A program made the position numbers and the translations under genes. 55,451 nucleotides of DNA. Origin: a virus. This document shows, piece by piece, positions 50,095-55,451 of the stretch. The stretch's first letter is position 1. Each line of letters starts with the position of its first letter. The stretch covers positions 1-55,451 of IMG/VR virus record IMGVR_UViG_3300045988_024504, one strand, 5' to 3'. Below the pieces are notes generated by a model. The model was not told the DNA's origin, searched no databases, and saw only the letters and a list, made by a program, of their open reading frames with translations.

Positions 50095-50416
50095 CTGACT
50101 GCCCCTTATCCTGAAGGCGATGGAGCCAGCGGGCTTCTTTTTCATCTTCGATTTTGATAACCTTTTCCATGTACCTGTTATAAATCAAGATTCCGTCTCT
50201 TTCGGCGGACTTACCAAACATGGTTAGGCAGACAAAAACATCCGCCATTTCTTCTTGTATATTTTCTAAACATTCCTCAACGCTCTTCGGTGTCGGGTTC
50301 GTACCATCCAGCGCCCGGCGCAGCTTCAACGCAGCCTGTGCCAACTCAGATGCTTCTTCTGCCAACTGCGCCAAGATTTCCGTCTTGGGCAGAATGTCTG
50401 AAACTTTTTTACTCAC
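50087..50416 (-). CDS. MazG-like nucleotide pyrophosphohydrolase
   Basis: LAEEASELAQAALKLRR...IQEEMADVFVCL carries the EExE..E/D helical MazG motif. Confidence 0.7.
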   Translation of the reverse strand: MSKKVSDILPKTEILAQLAEEASELAQAALKLRRALDGTNPTPKSVEECLENIQEEMADVFVCLTMFGKSAERDGILIYNRYMEKVIKIEDEKEARWLHRLQDKGQSDE

Positions 50417-50621
50417 TTTTTTCTCCTTTCAGCCAGTCGTTCAGCTTTGCCATGCAAGAGGGGCAAAGAAACGGTTCATCATAGCAATCGCAACTCCAGT
50501 AGTCCCATGCGTCATGCACGTTCTTGTCAACCAGAATCACGGCATTTGGCTTATGCCTACCCATCTCATCGGGCGGTTCAGGATTAAACACTTCACCGCA
50601 GCGGTCACATTTCATGCTCAT
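50409..50621 (-). CDS. Zn-ribbon protein, 70 aa
   Basis: CDRC...CPSC. Confidence 0.5.
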   Translation of the reverse strand: MSMKCDRCGEVFNPEPPDEMGRHKPNAVILVDKNVHDAWDYWSCDCYDEPFLCPSCMAKLNDWLKGEKSE

Positions 50622-51138
50622 GTTCTTTCTCCAATCTCTTTAGTAGCCCATCCACGTCATACCGCCAATGGACACGCAGCTTTTTTGCTTTGACCTCTAT
50701 CCCCTCTTGTTCTGCCCACTGCCAAGGGATGCTCTTCCGGCTCTCGTTGTAACGGAACGCTAGAACCTTGCTGGCAGGGATTGCAAAGGTGCGGTTGATC
50801 GCCCTGTAATTGACTATCACATGGGCAGTCTGACCGCCATAACCCATTGCTTCCACCATGTCAGTGATGTGTTTTTCCTTGCGGTACTTGCACTTTGCTT
50901 TGTCGTACTTGCCAAACACCTTTTCCAGAGGGATAGAGGGCGTTTCGATGGTTTTCAACTCAAACAGGTGGTTCATCGGGTATCGGTACACAAGGAAGTC
51001 GCAGATGTTGTCGATGGAAAACGACAGGTTCTCGTTGCCGCCGTAGTAGGTAGCAGCACTGTCTTTCAGCCGGTAGCACCACGCATCGGACGGGACGGAT
51101 GCCTTGAAGTCTGCCTCAAACTGCTTGCCGGTGTTCAT
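50605..51138 (-). CDS. RecU-like PD-(D/E)xK Holliday-junction resolvase
   Basis: GKQFEADFKASV...ICDFLVY...LFELKT fits the RecU-type G..fE / D / ExK arrangement. Confidence 0.55.
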   Translation of the reverse strand: MNTGKQFEADFKASVPSDAWCYRLKDSAATYYGGNENLSFSIDNICDFLVYRYPMNHLFELKTIETPSIPLEKVFGKYDKAKCKYRKEKHITDMVEAMGYGGQTAHVIVNYRAINRTFAIPASKVLAFRYNESRKSIPWQWAEQEGIEVKAKKLRVHWRYDVDGLLKRLEKEHEHEM

Positions 51139-51398
51139 TCGTTGTCCTTTGGTTCATCAGGTAAAGGCATCCAGTGGGTTACGTTTTCAAGTCGTTTTTC
51201 ATCAAATGTTGTCAGCCAATCACCATCGTCTGTAAGTACTGCCGTTTGCATTCTGCTATTTTCGTCATACATGGTTTTATCAAACACCAGAACAGGCTTG
51301 CTCTCATACCAAAGCGTACACTCTCTGTCGCCGTCCACTTCGGTAACTTCTTCCGTCATCTCTGGCAACTTGTCTTTGACATTGATCCACTGATTCAT
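51135..51398 (-). CDS. DUF551-like protein
   Basis: WINVKDKLPE... is followed by the C-terminal VTHWMPLPDEP. Confidence 0.6.
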   Translation of the reverse strand: MNQWINVKDKLPEMTEEVTEVDGDRECTLWYESKPVLVFDKTMYDENSRMQTAVLTDDGDWLTTFDEKRLENVTHWMPLPDEPKDNE

Positions 51399-51613
51399 CC
51401 TCGTTCACCTCTAAATTCACTCCCGAGAAACCGATTCTTGCCACGTTCCCTACGCTTATCCTCCCAATTTCTGTGATACACGCTCTGGCTGTGGTTCAGC
51501 TCATACACGAACGCCTTGCGTTCCTCGAAGTCTTTCTTCTCTGCCTTATACTTCTCGCAGGTGTCGTGGCAAGCTTGGTGGCGTGATGTGCAGTTGAGAC
51601 AACAGGTAATCAT
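51395..51613 (-). CDS. Cys-rich small protein
   Basis: MITCCLNCTSRHQACHDTCEKY. Trimmed from the track ORF. Confidence 0.45.
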   Translation of the reverse strand: MITCCLNCTSRHQACHDTCEKYKAEKKDFEERKAFVYELNHSQSVYHRNWEDKRRERGKNRFLGSEFRGERG

Positions 51614-51617
51614 TGTT

Positions 51618-52269
51618 TTACCCCCATTGTTCGGACATAGCTTTTGCCACGCCCGGAAAAGTCTTTGCGCGATTCCTTGCACGGTCAGTGGTAAACATTC
51701 CCTTGTGCTGCTCACCATGCTTGTGCGAGTAAGACCCAGACGGGCACCATGTTGCGGTAGGTTCTACGATGTTTGTTGGGTGCAACGGCGGTACACCGCG
51801 CTCCCACAGTAACGTTTTCTTGCTGTACGGATGTCCGTACTCGTATGGCTGGATTGTCTGCGTAGGCTTTGGGTAATCAAAAATCTTGCTGGGGGTAGGA
51901 TTCTCAATCACCACTTTTTCGCAATCTGCCGCCCACACGGCAAGAAAAAGCGCCTTGCCGCACAATCCCTCATAATACCGGGAAAGATTGAGCTTTCCTC
52001 CCTTGTATAGGTGTCTTGCTCCCGCGTTGCTCGTCTTTGTGCAGGGGACAAATGCGATAATCATATCCCAGCGGGGCACATCATGCGCGATTCCGTCCAT
52101 GGTCACGACCTGCCCCCCCCTCAATAGCCTTTAGGCAGTCACCGAGAATATGCCATTCAGGATGCCCGCCGGACGGCTCAATCAGGTCGCAGGAATAGGT
52201 TTCGTGACCTTTTGCCCGGAACGCCTTACAGACCTCCTGTGATTCCTCACAGGCAACTAAAACTTTCAT
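51618..52269 (-). CDS. DNA cytosine-C5 methyltransferase-like protein, split by a G8 tract as read
   Basis: MKVLVACEESQ... is followed by a PC-motif region IIAFVPCTKTS and ENPTPS. ORFs 52081..52269 and 51618..52124 fuse if the tract 52113..52120 loses one G. Confidence 0.6.
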
Positions 52270-52322
52270 CTTTCCAAACGCCCGTCCAGCCAGATAGCAC
52301 AGCTCTTATATAAGGTAGGCGG

Positions 52323-52571
52323 TCAGTCCGTTTTGTCTTTGCAAGCTTGTTTACAGGCTTCGCATTTATGAAACGGCTTATCAAGCCAGCACTCGAACAA
52401 AAGACATTTAGGAAGGTCAAATTCCATAGGAGCCTTTCTTCCGTGCGTTCTGTTTCTTCGGACGTGATAATGGCAAGCCATTACATATCCATCAACATCT
52501 TCTCCGTATGCACAACTTGTTGCATCAGGTGAAACCATGTGCTTAACATTGATTTCGATTTCTTTTCTCAT
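52323..52571 (-). CDS. Hypothetical Cys/His-rich protein, 82 aa
   Basis: ORF-track frame. Confidence 0.5.
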   Translation of the reverse strand: MRKEIEINVKHMVSPDATSCAYGEDVDGYVMACHYHVRRNRTHGRKAPMEFDLPKCLLFECWLDKPFHKCEACKQACKDKTD

Positions 52572-52609
52572 CTTATCACTCTTTTTGAAATTTACGTTGA
52601 TACGTTATT

Positions 52610-53170
52610 TTAGAACGGCAAATCTTCACTGTCCTGAATTACGGCGAAGTCGCCAGTGTCAGGCGCAGAGCCAGACGCACCAGCCAGCGTTTTCTTCGGT
52701 CTGACTTCATAATCACCAGAACGAATCTTGTCCACGCTGGTGAAGCGGTCAACGACAAGCTTCGTCTTGACGTTGCCATCGTTGCCCTTGTACTCCTCCT
52801 CACGGAGAACCACGCCGACCAGCTTGCCACGCAGGGTCTTTTCATCGTTGTTGAACTTGTAGCCGGGATTGGACTGCTCCACAGCGGTGATAAAGCCCTT
52901 GAAGAACGGCAGCGCCTTTTCTTTGTAGCTCTTGATGGTCTTGCCGCCCCATGCCCATTCGCCAGGATTCAGCTTGCCACGCTCGATGAGGGAAGCGGTC
53001 TGCTCACGCCAGTAGCCCTTGAACTCGCCCTCTGCGACTTCCCACTCGATGTTCAGGCGCTCCTTTGCGGGTTCGTCCGTTGCCTTGCAGATACCGGCAA
53101 CATAGCCGCCAACAGGCAGGTCACGGCGTTCGGTGGCTTCCTGCACGTCATTCCAGTTGATGTTCTTCAT
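52610..53170 (-). CDS. DUF669-like single-strand DNA-binding protein with an SSB-type acidic tail
   Basis: Its position next to the Sak4-like ATPase supports the call. The C-terminus DSEDLPF mimics the SSB tip DDDIPF. Confidence 0.55.
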   Translation of the reverse strand: MKNINWNDVQEATERRDLPVGGYVAGICKATDEPAKERLNIEWEVAEGEFKGYWREQTASLIERGKLNPGEWAWGGKTIKSYKEKALPFFKGFITAVEQSNPGYKFNNDEKTLRGKLVGVVLREEEYKGNDGNVKTKLVVDRFTSVDKIRSGDYEVRPKKTLAGASGSAPDTGDFAVIQDSEDLPF

Positions 53171-53173
53171 CTG

Positions 53174-53833
53174 TTACTCTCCTTTGTTATCCGGCTGAAC
53201 CGGGATGTTGTAATACTCACGGATGGTCTTGTCTACGGCGGCGAGGTCGTTCTCGATCAGCGGATCGTTGAACATTCCAAGAGGGGTTTTCACGGTGTCC
53301 ATCCCATCATTGCGAGTGCTGAACAGGTATCGCCCATCCTGTACAACGGTTTTTAGGACGATGGTGAAGTATCCTTCCACGCAGACCTTCTCGTCTAGCA
53401 TTTTCCCAACAGTCTTGAATTTTTCTCCACCGTTTTCTCCACATTCGCTGTGTCCGAAAAAGTAGACCACCACATCGTCCGGCAGCTCCTTCGCCCGCAT
53501 CAGTAGGGCGTTGAAGTTTGCTGCCATTTCGGTAAACTTCTGGTATCCAGCGACCTTTGCGTTCCGCATGAACTCGCCGGTCATAAGATAGGTGGCATCG
53601 TCAATGACGATGGACTTACGCTTTGCACTCCTAAGAACAATGTCGATTTTGGTATAATCGTCCATGTGTTCGCTTTTTTTATACTCACTCAGGATAAGAG
53701 TTTTCATCTTGCTTCGGAACGGCAGCGGCTTGCCAAGCACGTTGATAACCGCAACCTGTTCCGGGTCAAAGTTCCGAAGCGAAGCGGATTTACCACTGCC
53801 GGAGTGACCGTAGACCATTACTAATACTGCCAT
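53174..53833 (-). CDS. Sak4-like (AAA_24) RecA-fold recombination ATPase
   Basis: It has the Walker A GHSGSGKS and the Walker B SIVIDDATY. Confidence 0.7.
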   Translation of the reverse strand: MAVLVMVYGHSGSGKSASLRNFDPEQVAVINVLGKPLPFRSKMKTLILSEYKKSEHMDDYTKIDIVLRSAKRKSIVIDDATYLMTGEFMRNAKVAGYQKFTEMAANFNALLMRAKELPDDVVVYFFGHSECGENGGEKFKTVGKMLDEKVCVEGYFTIVLKTVVQDGRYLFSTRNDGMDTVKTPLGMFNDPLIENDLAAVDKTIREYYNIPVQPDNKGE

Positions 53834-53902
53834 TTTTCTTTCCTTTCTTTGGCTTCATTAGGCTTCATTGTTCTTACTTTGGCTTAACTCGGCTGTACAA
53901 AA

Positions 53903-54097
53903 TCAGCCAGCCATCAGTTCTGCCAACTGTGCACGGAGGTCTTTCAACTCCGCTTCCCTGTCCTCGATTTCAGACCGCAAGTCCTCAATCTCAGCCAGCC
54001 GGTCAGCTTCTTTAGCTTCTGCTTCCTGCTCGCGGGTTAGGAAATACACGCCGTCCTTCGGCTCGTCCACGCCACCGAATCTGTCAAGGTTAATCAT
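53903..54097 (-). CDS. Coiled-coil protein, 64 aa
   Basis: ORF-track frame. Confidence 0.5.
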   Translation of the reverse strand: MINLDRFGGVDEPKDGVYFLTREQEAEAKEADRLAEIEDLRSEIEDREAELKDLRAQLAELMAG

Positions 54098-54284
54098 CTT
54101 TTAGTCTTCCTCTCTTACGTTCCTCTTTGATCTGCAGTGCGCTGTGCCACTGGTCTTTGTCGATTTCGATGGTAGACCACCGGTAGTTACATACAAGGCA
54201 CTTCTTGCGTCGAGTGATGCTATCGTGGTCAGACCGGCTGTCGACCGTTGTAATGTTGTTACTGCCGCACATCGGGCATTTCAT
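54090..54284 (-). CDS. NrdR-like zinc-ribbon-only protein, 64 aa (no ATP-cone)
   Basis: MKCPMCGSNNITTVDSRSDHDSITRRKKCLVCNYRWSTIE compares with the E. coli NrdR N-terminus [48 protein letters not shown] precedes the ATG. Confidence 0.65.
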   Translation of the reverse strand: MKCPMCGSNNITTVDSRSDHDSITRRKKCLVCNYRWSTIEIDKDQWHSALQIKEERKRGRLKDD

Positions 54285-54544
54285 CTTGCATCCCTCCACT
54301 TGTTGGTGTGAGCGGAAATGCGGTTCAACTTTCTCATCCGCTCGGTATCTTCATGCTCTTTTTCCGCGCTCACCCCAAGCGCGCACAAAACCAGAGCGGT
54401 TGCTAGTAACATCAGTGAAACAAATGCCCATCCAAGCATCTGTACTGTAGTCTCACAGCCATTTATTGTATCGCCACAGCTAACGGCTACGATTGCGGCG
54501 ACAATACCAAGTATGGTAAGCACGTTTCCTTTTACGGTTTTCAT
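54281..54544 (-). CDS. Membrane protein, 87 aa
   Basis: Two hydrophobic helices are present. Confidence 0.5.
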   Translation of the reverse strand: MKTVKGNVLTILGIVAAIVAVSCGDTINGCETTVQMLGWAFVSLMLLATALVLCALGVSAEKEHEDTERMRKLNRISAHTNKWRDAR

Positions 54545-54777
54545 TTTGTCCCTTCTTTCAGAATGATATCGAATAAAAATGGTTTGCTTGCATCGATCAC
54601 GATTATTGCATTTAGCACTTTGGCTATTTTTGCAAGCGTATCAGCCTTAACGCCCGTCTTGTACGGCGCTTTATTCGGGCTTGTGATGTTGTAGATAGTT
54701 GGAGCCGACACGCCACTTCTTCGGATAAGCTCTGATGCCTTCATATCGCGTTCTTCAAGAGCGGCTTCCAGTGTCAT
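54541..54777 (-). CDS. XRE-type HTH protein, 78 aa
   Basis: MKASELIRRSGVSAPTIYNITS...ADTLAKIAKVLN. Confidence 0.65.
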   Translation of the reverse strand: MTLEAALEERDMKASELIRRSGVSAPTIYNITSPNKAPYKTGVKADTLAKIAKVLNAIIVIDASKPFLFDIILKEGTK

Positions 54778-55067
54778 GCCTTTTCCTCTGTGTCCTTTGG
54801 TTCTCTGCGTCTAAAAATCCAACCGGTTGTCATCAAAGCTCCAACACCTATGATGTACCATGTCACCTTAGCTCCGACCAAAAGCTCGATCTGATGCACC
54901 AGCCAGAAGTTCAGCAGAAACACTGCGAGAATAAATGCTAAGATAATGCCCCAGATCAGGGCGATTTCCACGAATGCTTTCATCTTTATCCTTTCTTCGA
55001 ATGCGTTCCAGCCGTTCCTTCTCACGGCTGTGCCAGCGGATTTCCCGCTTGCCATAATATTTACCAT
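54774..55067 (-). CDS. Membrane protein (start uncertain, possibly 54983)
   Basis: Hydrophobic helices are IALIWGIILAFILAVFLLNFWL and YIIGVGALMTTGWIF. Confidence 0.5.
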   Translation of the reverse strand: MVNIMASGKSAGTAVRRNGWNAFEERIKMKAFVEIALIWGIILAFILAVFLLNFWLVHQIELLVGAKVTWYIIGVGALMTTGWIFRRREPKDTEEKA

Positions 55068-55444
55068 TCATAAGTCAGTTCCCCTGTCGCAAGCATCCTC
55101 GACACTTCGCCGTAATGCTTGCCCATCTTATCTGCAAGAGCTTGAACCTGACCTATGGATGGAATCTTTTTTTCTTCCAGTGCTTTCTCGTTTAAGGCTC
55201 GTTCTCTTCGTATGCTCTGATGTTCCGCAATACTTGCAAAGGCTGCATCTTTCGCGCAATCTTTGTGGTACTTTTGTGCCGCAGACATTTTAATCAGTGG
55301 CTTACCGCACCATTGGCACACGATTTTTACTGGAGTGAACCCACGTCCTGAACTCAATGCTTTACGTCTCGTGCGCTTTTGCTCGCACGAGACATCTCTT
55401 TTACATTGTGTGCAATATTTTTTGCGTGGGTTTACCCTACCCAA
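55061..55444 (-). CDS. Zn-ribbon protein, 127 aa, whose 5' end lies in the terminal repeat
   Basis: CTQC...CQWC. A TTG start follows GGAG. The first 92 nt are duplicated at 1..92. Confidence 0.55.
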   Translation of the reverse strand: MGRVNPRKKYCTQCKRDVSCEQKRTRRKALSSGRGFTPVKIVCQWCGKPLIKMSAAQKYHKDCAKDAAFASIAEHQSIRRERALNEKALEEKKIPSIGQVQALADKMGKHYGEVSRMLATGELTYEW

Positions 55445-55451
55445 AAAAAAC
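55353..55451. repeat. Terminal direct repeat, copy 2
   Basis: Identical to 1..99. Confidence 0.95.

Overview
The first and last 99 nt of the window are identical. It therefore reads as a closed or terminally redundant genome of about 55.35 kb from a temperate, siphovirus-like phage of a Gram-positive (Firmicutes-type) host. It appears to be maintained as a plasmid. Nearly all genes are on the minus strand. One long block runs from about 55.4 kb down to 11.2 kb. It contains early and recombination genes (Sak4-like ATPase, SSB-like protein, RecU-like resolvase, MazG, PAPS-reductase-like protein, methyltransferases, Lar, many small Zn-ribbon and DUF551-like ORFs), then terS, DnaB with a loader and a RepA_N-like initiator, then an A/T-rich island (serine resolvase, RtcB). 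The late genes follow: terL, tRNA-CAT, portal, scaffold, capsid, connectors, tail tube, G/GT chaperone with a -1 slip site, tape measure, tail tip and fibres, GH25 endolysin and holin. The plus strand carries a cI/Cro-type switch with four palindromic operators. It also carries a Rep_3-like initiator with iterons, ParA with an RHH partner, and a Bro-N/RHH protein. A separate five-gene plus-strand cassette of unknown function lies at 37.4-39.0 kb. No integrase is visible in any frame. The observations most worth follow-up are these: a 10-bp phased (A/C)AGCC array written through all three codon phases of the RHH gene; an NrdR zinc-ribbon-only protein together with one perfect NrdR-box palindrome after terL; an ORF-poor structured region next to the tRNA; G/C-rich ORF-free blocks bracketing the unknown plus-strand cassette; a terminator-insulated cargo operon of Cys-rich and low-complexity proteins; and two genes broken at poly-G tracts. 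All family assignments come from motif recognition by eye. No database search was run.
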